This document shows, in pieces, positions 39,981 through 52,249 of a DNA stretch of 64,000 nucleotides. The notes beneath the pieces are model-generated. The model saw only the letters and a program-made list of their open reading frames with translations. It made no database searches and had not been told where the DNA came from. Each line of letters opens with the position of its first letter. Within the stretch, counting starts at the first letter, position 1. The DNA lies in assembly GCA_030141605.1 (NCBI GenBank), contig JAQGDQ010000040.1, positions 620,001 through 684,000 of the forward strand, given 5' to 3'. Source of the DNA: Tubiluchus corallicola. Taxonomy: Eukaryota > Animalia > Priapulida. The position numbers and the translations under genes are program-made.

Positions 39981-42612
39981 TCACGACACCTCCTGTTCTG
40001 GCGAATCGGGAGCAGCATCGTCTTTGCTGTCTGATAGTTTGGAAGGCTTTGCGTCCTTCTCTGGACAGTCGGCTATAAGGTGATCAGTGGACTTGCAAAA
40101 ATGGCATCGTTTCGGCTGTGGCGCTAAGGTGCATTTGGCAGCAATGTGATTGGCAAACTCACCACAGTTATAGCACCTAGCAAAAAAAATACAATATGAA
40201 ACATATGAACATATCAAAAACAAATAGTTCAGAAAGAAAAAGCAACTGTTAGAATATTGGGTGTAAGTTACTGGAGAAAATTTGTGGATTAACAAACAGC
40301 ACTTATTACTGCACCATTAGCAGTTGATCATTTCTAGCTTTCTACTCTGTGGAGAGTAGTAGAAACAGCCACAAAGGCTGCCTCGTTACTAATGAATCAT
40401 ATTTTTGTTTTACTTTTTTTATGAAATTATTTTGGCAAAATTTAATCTAGAATCACTGGGTGGACCTGCTTAAAGTGTTTGGTTGTGGAGAGGCAGTGAA
40501 TTGGCAGCGATATCTCAATCATGACCAAATATGAATATAATTCTCCCTCAGTGATGTAAATAGCCAGAATTAATATGTTGAACGGAACTACCTGTAATTA
40601 GGGAAAGTATTGAACAAATATTCACTAACCAACCTTTCTTTCTGCCATCAGTAATTTCCGCTTCGTCAAAAAAGCCAGGACCGAGTAAAGTGGAAAATTA
40701 ACCAAAAAACTCGCTGGCCATAAAGCCATGAATTTTAAAAAATTAGTGAGCTTATGACGTGACATGACGTCACTTTGACGTGACATGTGGGCCACACATA
40801 GAAGCTTAAACAACACAGTCATCACAATGGAATCGTGTATATAGCCACAAAAATTAAGCTGTGAAAATTCTCAATATGAGTTTTAATGATCTCTACCTTA
40901 GACATAAAGAAGACAAAGACACCATAAAGCATTAAATCTGTTAAACATTTCACAAAAAAGCTATTCATTATAATCATTACAAGCACATTACCATAACAAA
41001 ACATGCATAAACATTAACTGTTATCAGTTTTATCTAAAGACAACACTTTCGGTACAGGACTATGGCTTTTCAACACATGCTGCAGTACCTTTGTTTTTTC
41101 ATGTAAGTCTACATATAAATTACTTTACCTATAAAGTTTGAATTAATCTTTGCAATGTTCCATACATAGTGAGAAATTACATGATTTTACCAACGTCCCC
41201 TGAAGCAAATAAGTGACAGGCTGCCATCAAAGCCTTAGATTGAGGCTTCAAAATCTTTTCAAAACATTTTTTTCGTACAGTTATTAAATATTTTTGTGCA
41301 AGTCAGTATTGGGGCAAGACACAGTAGGCCTAGCTTACTTCAATTGTCACAGCTCACATAGTCTTGGTTAGTTAACTTGTGTACACTGCAGGAATGTTGT
41401 ATTGCCCAAAGCTACAAAAATTAGTTGCCTTTCTTCTTTGATGTGGCAACCTCAATGTATAATTTGCTTACAAAATTCTATACGTAGCTGTTACGACACA
41501 TTCAGAGCAAATCAGATTTTTGAGAGTGTAATAATAATAATAATACTTTTTTTTGTTCCTGATTATTGGTTTACAATTTTTTGAAATTTTATATTTTTAC
41601 TATTAATGGCTATTCACTATCAGCTTTTTTATGCACACTAATAATGGTTACCAATGCCGCATAAACATAGCATAATCATTTATGTGCATGTTACCCATTA
41701 CCTAAATTACTACTAAAGAAATTAATGGCTGACCTTATTTTTTTGGGTCGTCTCCTAGATACGGGTCGTCGCTGACTTCCTTTACATGGTGTGCCACTAG
41801 GCCCAGTGACAAGCGTGGCTTCTAATCCTTTATCTGACACTCTGCATACAAATTCAATGGCTTCACCTTCGGCTAAACTTCTAAATCCAGTCATCTCTAT
41901 ATGAGACTAAAACAAATGCACACTTTTGTTAATAAAACAGCACTACTGAAGCACAAAGGAGAAGAATTAATATTTTAAAGTTAATGACTAGTAGGTAACA
42001 TAACACATTAATGTAGCAGAAACAAATATATCAAATACTCATGTATAGTGTCATATCATGATGAAGCAATGCAACAACTATTACTGCAGGCTTAAAATGC
42101 ATAAACATGTAATATAACAAGTACTATTCTTTAGTTACAACTTTAGTAGTTAGAAACAGGTCCTGGACTCACACAGCTTCCTTCACGCCATTTTCACATT
42201 GTTATTCACAATGCCATAAAAAATGTTTGACAATACTCATTATCAAAGTGATACTCTGAGCCCAGTAAGGCACCTAAGGAAAGGACACAAATTCACAGAT
42301 GTGATCCCAGTTACTAGTGGCAGCGTCTCGCTTGTGCAAAGACTCCAAGTTCAGACCAACCAGAGTTGGACCTATTAACGATCTACTCAAAGTCGATGAG
42401 CTGTGCCCAACTAAAACGACGCCAAATTAAGTGACTGGAAATATGGCTTTTAATAGGACTAACCTGATGTACAAATACATCTTGACCGCCGTCATCCGGT
42501 GTAATAAATCCAAAGCCTTTCTGTACATGAAACCATTTACAGGTGCCTGTTCTTTTTATTCCTGTTACGCCAGGAACTTCTTCCCCGGGTTTATATGCTG
42601 ATGCCTCGTCAC
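39981..42612 (-). CDS. LIN28: Lin-28 homolog (cold-shock domain plus two CCHC zinc knuckles); first coding exon uncertain
   Basis: Exons 42464-42612 ([28 protein letters not shown]), 41734-41906 ([19 protein letters not shown]...[13 protein letters not shown]) and 39981-40176 ([16 protein letters not shown]...[19 protein letters not shown]). GT-AG, phases consistent. Candidate first exon 47388-47397 (ATG GCC TCA G). Confidence 0.95.
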
Positions 42613-42689
42613 CTGCAATAATTATGATAACAATTAATATATGTTTGAACATTAATTTTTTGGTACTTTCTGCAACTCATCAATTGACT

Positions 42690-43440
42690 AATAATAACTT
42701 TTTATTTCGTATCAAAGATACAGTACATCGTAAAAAGGATACAATAGAATACAATAAATTACAATACAATCAAATTCACATCTAAAATAAATTACAATAT
42801 ATACGAGTGTGTCATTTCAAAGAAGGTGTCTAGTGTTTAGGTCCATATAAAATTCATTTTCTACTAAATGTTTTACATTAACAGAAGACAAGTTCAGCGG
42901 TGTCTTATATTCTGCATGGACGGATTGACCTGGCTTATTAATTTCATAAAGGACTCTAACAATATAGCCATGTAATATTGTTATATATATATATATATAT
43001 ATATAATAATAGAATGTAAGTTCTCTTAAATCGATTAAATAGTTCAGTGGCATCGAATTACAGAAGTACTGAAGCAACCTAACGCTCTCATTTCTTTTAT
43101 AATTAAATATTCTCCTGTAAACAGTGTTCCATGCAACTTTGACAGTTTCTAAATCTCCACTTTTCACTGACTACACTTCTGACGCATAAGTTATAGTTGG
43201 TAGACAGTAAGTGTTCATTAAGAAAGATGTTAACATTTCCGACTTTCTTTTACCTAGTGAACATAAAATATTGTTCATTTTACAGTACATATTTCTTTTG
43301 AGCCTGGTTAAAACGCATGAGAATTCTTTTCCTGATACAATATCATATCGTAAATTTTTAACATTATCTGTCCATTCTAAATTGCATCCACCTAAATTTA
43401 TATTTACTGTGGTAGCTGTGTTTTTACTAAAACACAATAG
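42690..43440 (-). mobile_element. LINE 3' fragment in a Lin28 intron, interrupted by (TA)n
   Basis: ORFs 43171-43437 and 42817-43167 (LEWTDNVKNL...TYCLPTITYASEV; VKVAWNTVYRRIFNYKRNESV). AATAAA and simple tail near 42690-42705. Confidence 0.8.
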
Positions 43441-43530
43441 TACCAGATACTTTAATCATAACATTCCATAATGTTGTAAACGTATTCCATAGATGTTCTC
43501 CTGGATGCTGTTTGCTAGCTGACAGATCAG

Positions 43531-43726
43531 TATCTGGTAATAAAGTCAGAGCAAAAAAGTCAATGAGAAAAGCTCGCAATTTTGGTTAGGAAAAAGTCAC
43601 AATTAATTTTGGCTAGGGTCAGTGTTAAGAGTTAGGCTTATTTCTTTTTCCTATGCTCTTTCCTGTGGCTTTTTTCTTGTGACACTTTTCTGTGGCCATT
43701 TTATCTGTGATTTTTTTTACCTGGAT
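43531..43726. mobile_element. Palindromic MITE-like repeat
   Basis: Left arm has AAAAAAGTCA repeats, right arm has inverse CTGTG(A/G)CTTTT-like repeats, with a GCTAGGGT/GTTAGG centre. Confidence 0.55.
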
Positions 43727-46700
43727 TAGATGGATCACCTAAGTCCTATATGTAAAACTGTGAGAACTTGCTTCAAAATTTTCAGCTTTTGTAAATATCT
43801 ATTAAGGCCAAAGTAATAGATTTTAAAAAAATGGTAGCAGTTATTATATCCGAGTGTGGTTTCGGTCTGTACCAATCCAACCTGTGAATACACTGCAAAA
43901 CATGGACCGGATCCTCTGCACAAGGAACGAGTACACACCAAGACTTTTTAAGTTCTGAAATCAATTTGCAATGTTAGAAATTTCTTCCTCAATTCTCTAT
44001 CATTGGAGTAATTTTTGCCTTACTGTTAAACTAAGACTGGGTATACTCTACACAAGCAAGTACATGTAGTAAGTACAGAGGAGACCTAATGTCTGTATTC
44101 AGAATGTAGTGCAAATGCTGGACTTGCAGAATCATAATTACCAGCGCTGTTCTGAGCATTGTAACTAAATTCAATAACATTTTTAGGAGATTTAGTGAAT
44201 ATCAGTTTCTAGCTGTCATTGTCAAGCTGAAATCTGTTTGCCCCTTATTATAAATTAGACCTTTAGAATCACGAAGGAGTGGTCACACATTTTTCTTATG
44301 CTGGCGATTCATTAACTAATTATGGACCAAGATCTCGTGAAAAGAAAGCATTTCCTTGTTTGCTCATTGAAGAATCAAAATGGCACCTTGTTCCTTCTAG
44401 ATGGTATATAGCTCCTCAAGACAACTGATTCCCTCAAAATAATATTTGGTTCATTTACGTACATGTATATTATTTTCTCAAGATACACTTGTTCTCTTTC
44501 TGTCATCTTGAAGCCTTTGAAGCACGTTTAGGAGAATGTGATATCACAATGAGGACAATTGGCACAAGTACACTATCTTAGGAAAATTGTTACGGCCGGT
44601 AGAAGCATCGGTAACCACAAACTCGAACTCAAAACCGGACTGCCAGTAGGCCTCTACACAGACCATTTGACCACCAAGCAAAAACAAGAAACGAACTAAA
44701 AAGAAACTGAATATTATCTTGGGAACAATTTCTGATTTTTGAGAGGACAATATCTTAAAACAATTTTTGAGAGAACAATAAATTTGGTACCATAAATTTA
44801 GCACGTTCACAATTAACAGTTCAGTGCAGCGTAATGTAATCAGTTTGCCACGTGTATGACATTATTGCATGTACAACTCTCTTTAAAACACTTTAGACAG
44901 GATATAAATTATTATATTCGAATATTTTCAGAAATTAAAAAAATAGAATTTGTTGCATGTGATGATTAAGGTAATAATTCCCCAGCTATTAAAGAAATTG
45001 CAAAATAAACCATGTGGGCGTGTGAGAGACCATTTTTTTAATTTCCATAACAAATTAAGTTTATTTTACAAAACGTAGTACTACAAAAACTCAAGCACGC
45101 CTACTTGACACGAACAAAAAAAGGGGCCATTCAAGCAAGTTCACACTCAACAACAAGTCATCACCTGGAGGCTTAAAATTTAAAGACTTTTTGCAGGCCA
45201 TTCAGAGTGTATATATGTGCAAAGTATTGCTAAACGTTTTCACAAGAATGTTGTTACCATTTAGAGTTGCCCCCTTGATACCCAACCCTAGTGAGTGCAA
45301 GTAACACTCCTACACTCCTATACTCAAATCAATCTTTCTACAGTATCATCATGACATGCTATGCAGCTGGCATGTTCGGACCGTGCACCGATCGTTCAAT
45401 GTAGTTCCAGCGTTCATTGACCACTGGCTATTTTTACACAGTGTCTATTTGTGTTAGAGTAAAGCATACAAAGACAAACGTTCACCTCACCTCAAGACTG
45501 TTAAACGCGTTGTCCATGGCAGTCCACCATCTTATTTACAGATAGTTTATCTATATATGTGTTGCAGCAACTTAGGTTTTACAAGTGAAGTTGAATTAAA
45601 TTACGTTAAAACTGTTCTAAATCACTTGCTAAACGAGAATGTATTGGTTTTAAAGCAAGCATACAAAAGGTCATTCTGTATTAAGTGTATTTCTAGTACG
45701 AGTAGCGAATTAAAGCTTTAGAAATTAACATTCTACATTATAAGCTGCATTAGGCATATTATGCTGTACATTACTGTGAGCTTTTTTACGGTTTACTACA
45801 GCACTTAATTATTGTTGTTATTCAGTTATTCTTATTATTTTTATTAAATGATTCTTAATAAAATTATTTTTACGTTAAGAATATTGTTATTGTTAAAAAT
45901 ATGACGATTCCAGGAGTTCTATCATCATACTATTAATAAAAATTCTAAAATATAAAAAATGTCTTCCAGTAAATGGTTAGCGATTACGCGTTTATAATAA
46001 TTATCCAAAATCGTTTAACAAATTTAAATGCATGTTCAGTAAGACAGCTCCAAAACTTTGAACATTTTTATTAAAGTTATTCTAGTGGCTTAATAAAACC
46101 CGTTCGAAATTTTGCTTAAGTAATAACAATTATTTTACTAAAAAACTATTAACAGTAAACGTATGCTAATGTGACTCATAAAAGTAAAATAAAACTTAGA
46201 CAAACTTTGCAATTATCAAAAAGTTAGTCAGACATTTTTGATGGATTCCATAACGCAAAACCTACAGCAGACTATGCATAACCTGGGGGTAAAACGTAAA
46301 TACCTAATTTTCGATTCTAACGATTTTTTAATGTGATAGTAGTCTAGTTTTTGCGAAGTCATATTGAAATCTGCTCGATGAAAAGGCGGAAAATATCCAT
46401 GTGAGCGGGACAAACTGTCATCATTTAGCGTTCCAGATTTTCATGTAGCAAATCCCTATGGGGCAATACACAGATGTTGTGGAAAAAACTGTTGGAATAG
46501 GACAGGTTTCAAAAGTTGATTAAGTAAGAGCTCGTGCAGAAGTAAACCAAAAGTAAATTATTTACGTTTTACAACAACTACATTTTCCACATATATAAAA
46601 TACCAAATATGTGAAAAACATTATTTAAAGTTTATATAAAACACTATAATAAAAGAAAATTTAAAGTTCATGTACCACACATAAATTAAAATATTAGTGT

Positions 46701-47387
46701 AATTGAGTTGTACAGCAACTTAACCTTTACTTGCTTGCTTACTATGTATTGAGCTAATACTTAAATTTCTCTGCGACGTTTTTACAATTTCAGAATATTG
46801 TACGGGATAGCAAAAAGCGAAACCTAGCTAAGAAACGAAGAATACGGTAGAAAAGTGTGATTTTAGTTTTCTGGGGAAGGCCATAATGATTTATGATTAA
46901 TTGGGCGTTCAAAAGACATACAAGAGAATTTCACGAAATAAACTAGAGCTGCTACAGTATGTTGCCAATAACTCTTCACAAAATTAAAGACCTGCATTTC
47001 GGAAAGTCATGAAAATTAATAATTATCCTTAAAATTATTGCATCACAATAGAGTTAAATTATTGTTTATTGACGCAAATTTCTATTATAAATAACTATAG
47101 CTAATACAGTACTATATCAACTTGCCCAAACGATTTTCAGAACAACGTTTTCAAGTATCTCCCATTAAAGTTTTTACGTTCGTTTTCTACAGTCTGCGTT
47201 CTGGATAATCTTTACTAATTTACACTAATTAGAAAGTTCTGTAAAATTAATTACGACCACAGTCGTCTTAAATTAAGAAAAGCAAGTGAAGATAATTGAC
47301 TATTACATATAAGATGCCTGACGACAGAAAAGACAACATTAATATTTCGCATAAAGTTTCAGAAGTAATAAAACGCTTTTACTCCAC

Positions 47388-47830
47388 CTGAGGCCATGCT
47401 GGTGTAATACGGCCCAGCTTGCTGTTCCCCGTCCTAACACATCACGGCAATCACACCAAAAATCAAGAAACGTTTCCTATACACATTTACTTCTATTTCG
47501 ACCGCGTGAGAAATCCTGAGTGATCGTACGTACGTACGTACGTACAGCATAACACGGGAGAAGAGTCACGTGATTTACGGAAATTCTTCACTCATCGCTC
47601 ATACAAGCATGTCCATCTCTCGGTAGAAAGTAAAACGAGGTCCCTCCAGTCCAATCAGAGAGCTTTTTTCAGCGCCGGAGGGCATGTATCTTGTTGCTGC
47701 AAATCAACGCCGCTTCGCGGGCTTTTTCATTCATACATTGTTTGTTTGGATAGGTATAGCCGGTATGGCACGCATTTTGTGAGCCCTGTATGAGCCGACG
47801 GAACCGTTTCGTCTTTTTAAGATCAGCTAA
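47388..47830 (-). promoter_or_regulatory. Putative Lin28 promoter and first exon
   Basis: CpG-rich patch with (CGTA)5 at 47525-47544, GTCACGTGA at 47565-47573 and CCAAT at 47651. ATG at 47397 is followed by a weak phase-1 donor CAG|GTGGAG that would give [12 protein letters not shown]. Confidence 0.45.
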
Positions 47831-49896
47831 AAGGAAACTAAGCGTTATTACAAGCGCAAACTGCAGACATTTTAAAATTAGGCCAATTTCTCTCCCTATT
47901 CTTCTTTGAAGAGGCGTCGAAGAAACAGTAATTCTATAAAGCTTCCGACCAATAGTAACGCTGCAATCATAACGCCTAAAATTTTAAGTGTTTAGTTTTT
48001 TGGAAATAAGTGTAATTTCTTAAATAATTGTAAACGTTTGCTACGTGTGTCAACTTTGCTTATTTCTGTCTTTTCTTGATTTTTCCACTGACATACCTAT
48101 TTGCATCTACGATTCAAGTAGCTTTTTAGTCACAAGTAACAATAACGTTTTAAATCATTTTAAGTGTACGGTTTTACTTTATCTACAATCTTCAAAAGTT
48201 TTATACCTTTAATGTAGGCCTATTTGATACAGTGCATAATCGCTTTTAATCAGTCAACATACAAGTTTTGTTTAGGCTAGTTTGTCTAGGATTAGCTATT
48301 TTTTTGCAAATCTGAACTACATTAATAAAATTATCATGATAATAAAATAATCATTAATATTACTAGCTAATGTTATAACCAATTCGTGGTTTATATTTTA
48401 GCTGCCTGAAATAAAAAGACGGATGTTAGATATAGTAATAATATTATAATTTGTCTTTAGTAAAATGCATAAAAGTAAATAAAAATCTAATGGCTCAAAT
48501 TATTTGTAAATGTGGAAATTTCGCAAACAAAGTTGATTCTTAGAAATTAAAGTTAACAAATTTTGGTAGCTTGAACTTTGCCATTTTTGTTGCAATTAAT
48601 AAATTTATTACAAATTATATAGCATACTTAAGTAACATTTACTATAGTAATATTTACTGTATTTCACCTATTTTCAGAGTCGCTTAAAATGTCGATTTAA
48701 TGATTATATTCGAACATGTTCGATTAAAATATCTAGACAATAAACAAAATTCAAAAACTATGCAATAAAAATTAGATTAATTAATTCAGCTTTGACATTT
48801 CAGTAGAATTTAGGAAAGAAATAGGCCTACTGGTAAATTCTCATGCTAAGCGATCTGCAGCAAGCGATCTTTGCTGTGGCGCCACATAACGGTTCAGATC
48901 GGAAACTCGTAAACTCCATCTGTAACTCATTGACAGAAATTCACTCATTGGAGGGGCAGTTCTCTCAGGACAAGTGAATTGTACATTTTCATGATAAAAA
49001 TTGGTTATTTTCAGGGCAGATAATTCTGTTCTAAAATTTCATAGTTTAAGATTCCAATATTCAAAAATTGCTTCCGTAACTGTACCGCCTCTTTTTACTT
49101 GTTACAATTGAAGTGTTTCTTGTACGGCTAAATGTTTTCACCTTTTAATAATTTTAAAGCTAGTAATAGTACCTGTTAGGCTGCTACCAAATTTAGTTTG
49201 CTAAACCACTCAATTAAGTCCTTTATACACTTTTCAAGTACATGCTCGTCAATGTACAGACAAGGTTATACACATGTTTGCAAATGAAAAACATAAATCG
49301 TCACCATGATGTTTTTTGAATTTCTGAAATATTACAAAAATATGTTAGAAAACATCTGCATGTTTGTTCAGACACTTTTGTCACTCTATACTATATCTCA
49401 CGTAATTATGAAGCTAGTAGTTTGCACTTATTTGGAAATCTCTCGGCTAGAGGAACTTAGAAAATTTTAGCAGAAGCTATAACTATTTGGATTACGCTAT
49501 TTTTATTAATCCATAAACAATAATTATTATTAAACGTGTTTTTCATCGCAAAAAATAATCTTAGCTTTTATGAAAAACCAGTAGTTATTGCTTTGTATAC
49601 CTGAACTTTTGATCACACTTAATACGCGTGTTTTGTTCTTCTAATGTAATACCTGCATTTACCTACGATATCTGCATATTGTAAAGTAATAAACCTATAA
49701 AACGTGATTGCTATAATGTTCGTACTTTCCATGGGTGATATTACAAAGCGTTCGTTATCGTGCGTAAAAAGAAAATAGTGGTTAAAATGACAGCACATTA
49801 AAAACCTTTTATCACTTCGGTAAATTACACTAATATGACGATAAATTACCACAGAAACGGACAATACCAGTCGGCTGTATTACTAACCTGTATGTA

Positions 49897-50283
49897 CAGG
49901 ATGGTATATAACCTTCTGCTAGGGGTTACAGAAACAATGAGTAATAATTATTATAGAACAATTTGTTACATCAAAGGATTCTCGAAATAATAGAGAATTT
50001 ATCGTGCCCTCAAAGTTTAGTGTAAAAGCCCCATACATCTCGCACATCCTACGAGTTTGAGGGGTATGGTCGAAGCAATCACATAGAAATTTTGGGAATT
50101 AATTTTCTGTAATTCAACTGAATAGCCTGGAAATTCACCCAGACTTCAACTCCGCCAAATACTTCCAGGGCAAGGTTATTTTGCTACTTGTTTGGGCAGC
50201 ACTTTAATGTAATAAATTGATTTGTACTATCATTCGTTGTTTTTGTGACCCCACCCTCTAGCAAACGGTTATGAACCGCCCTG
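49897..50283. mobile_element. Tc1/mariner-type MITE (387 bp)
   Basis: Left TIR CAGGATGGTATATAACCTTCTGCTAG versus reverse complement of right end CAGGGCGGTTCATAACCGTTTGCTAG. TA on both flanks (49895-96, 50284-85). Confidence 0.7.
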
Positions 50284-50978
50284 TATAATCGGCACAACAG
50301 TGACATCACGTTTAACATTATTTAATGTTAATTAACAATACGTGGGAGTCGGGTTAGATCACTTTAGCAACTATAAAGTTATATATTTTTTATAAATGCT
50401 GTGACATTAAAGGCTGCAGATTAAGAACTTTAAATAAATTTCGGATGAAACTGTGGTCTCGCCGATTTTTCAAGCTGGCTCTGCAAATATATTAATCCCG
50501 AGTAGACAACTGATTACAAAAATAATAGGTTCAAGTTTATTAATTCGTAATATTTCGTAGTACAAATTTTATTGCTTTACCATAGCCTACTTCGTGATAC
50601 GCTGGCATGTTTCAGTGCACATTGTAACACTTGCATTTGTGATCGTATGTAGACGCATGAAGAGGCGTTAACGTGTTGTGTGGAGGCGAATGCGGGTGCG
50701 TTTTCCATCTGCGGACAGCCTGCGGAAAAATCAATAGGAAATAGCTGCAGAAAAAGAATAAGGCATACGCATGATGCATAAACGCCAGTTTAGGCCATAC
50801 GCCACCGAATTCCCAATCGGCGAAGGCAGTCCAAACCCCTTAGACCTACCTGGCCAACCAAATTCAGCATTTAGGTCACTCGCGCTAGAATGATTGTAAC
50901 CAATCAGATTAATTTTTTAATTCGATTAATTTTGAGCTTAAAATTTCCATGGTGATTAATTAATTATCCACATTTGGA

Positions 50979-51128
50979 ACATCATAATGGAATTTATTCC
51001 CGACGTTTCCGAACAAACTTGTTCATCATTATCAAGGCATCTAATTCTGGTAAATTTTTTTGTTTTAAATGCCTTGATAATGAACAGTTTTCTTCGAAAT
51101 AAGCCGGCAATAAATTCCATTTCGATGT
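50979..51128. repeat. Imperfect inverted repeat with hammerhead-like cores (Penelope-like element end)
   Basis: Arms about 50979-51040 and 51069-51128 both read ATGCC-TTGATAA-TGA...GAAA...GG-x-AATAAATTCCAT outward. Confidence 0.6.
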
Positions 51129-52249
51129 GATTAAATAATTAATTGTGGGGTGTAACATCACTAACAATGATCGGTGCGCATAAACAGGTGCACATTAAAA
51201 TAGTAATACTCAAATTAAGTTCGTTATTTTTCTTTTACTAAAATTGATAAAAATGACTCAAAAATAAGAATTGGGCAACTAACACTGGCTACCTTAGAGT
51301 AGCAAATGAGGCACAGATATTCTTGATTATTATAATACAAAAAAAAACCAGCCACAAAATGCAAACAGCATGAAATTGCCTGGTCTTTTTATTATGGCAA
51401 AATGTATTTCATGAATAAAACTGTATGGAATGTATACACCTAACCTCACACTAATTGTTGCATATTCACAACATTTACTAATGTAAGAGTAACGTCTTAT
51501 GCAGCAGTAACTTCCTACATACAATGACAGGAGACAGAACAGAATATTTTTTATTTAAAAGATCATAAAAACAAGATTCCATTTATATTAAAGTATAGAT
51601 AGTTAAGGACTTAAGTTTCAGTGTTAATTCTGTAATTACTACAAAATTATTCAAATATGAAATATATTTTGTGTCGTGTGCTTCTATGATATATTTACAC
51701 ATGCTAGTATCAAATAGGCAAAAAGATAGTAGAAAAACGGTTTAAAACTTATAAATTTTATCTTTTTCACAACAAAGCTCATATATCAATACTGATAATT
51801 TTTTAAAGTGTATTTTGGAAGACAAGTTCAAATATAATGCACAACGTATTAGCTTTACTGAAATAAAATTATGATAAGGACGACTTGTAAAGAAAAACAC
51901 AGATATTCCAGTACAATTTTACAACACCAATGGCAAAACGTGTAAAAGTAAACCGGCAAAACTTTCATAATTACAAGGGAATTATACAACGACTTGACAA
52001 TTATAAAAAAATACTCATTTCCCGTTAAGATAAGTATCCGGTGTACAGGCAGGTGCAAATCATCACTATCCATACATGGCAAGACCAATCTATAAAAAAT
52101 TGTAAACATTTTGTCAAAAACAAAACTGTGGAATTTAAATTTCGAAACAATATGAGAAGACGTTGAAATTTTTATGCTGTCTTTATTTTGTAAAAATCTG
52201 TTAGGTTGGCGTTTTCAATATTGGCATTAGCAAACAATACTATTCTACT

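Noticed and set aside
47791-47830. Minus-strand GACGAAACGGTTCCGTC hammerhead-like stem near the Lin28 promoter
   Set aside because: The upstream core reads CTGATCT, not CTGANGA, and stem I does not form without assuming two deletions.
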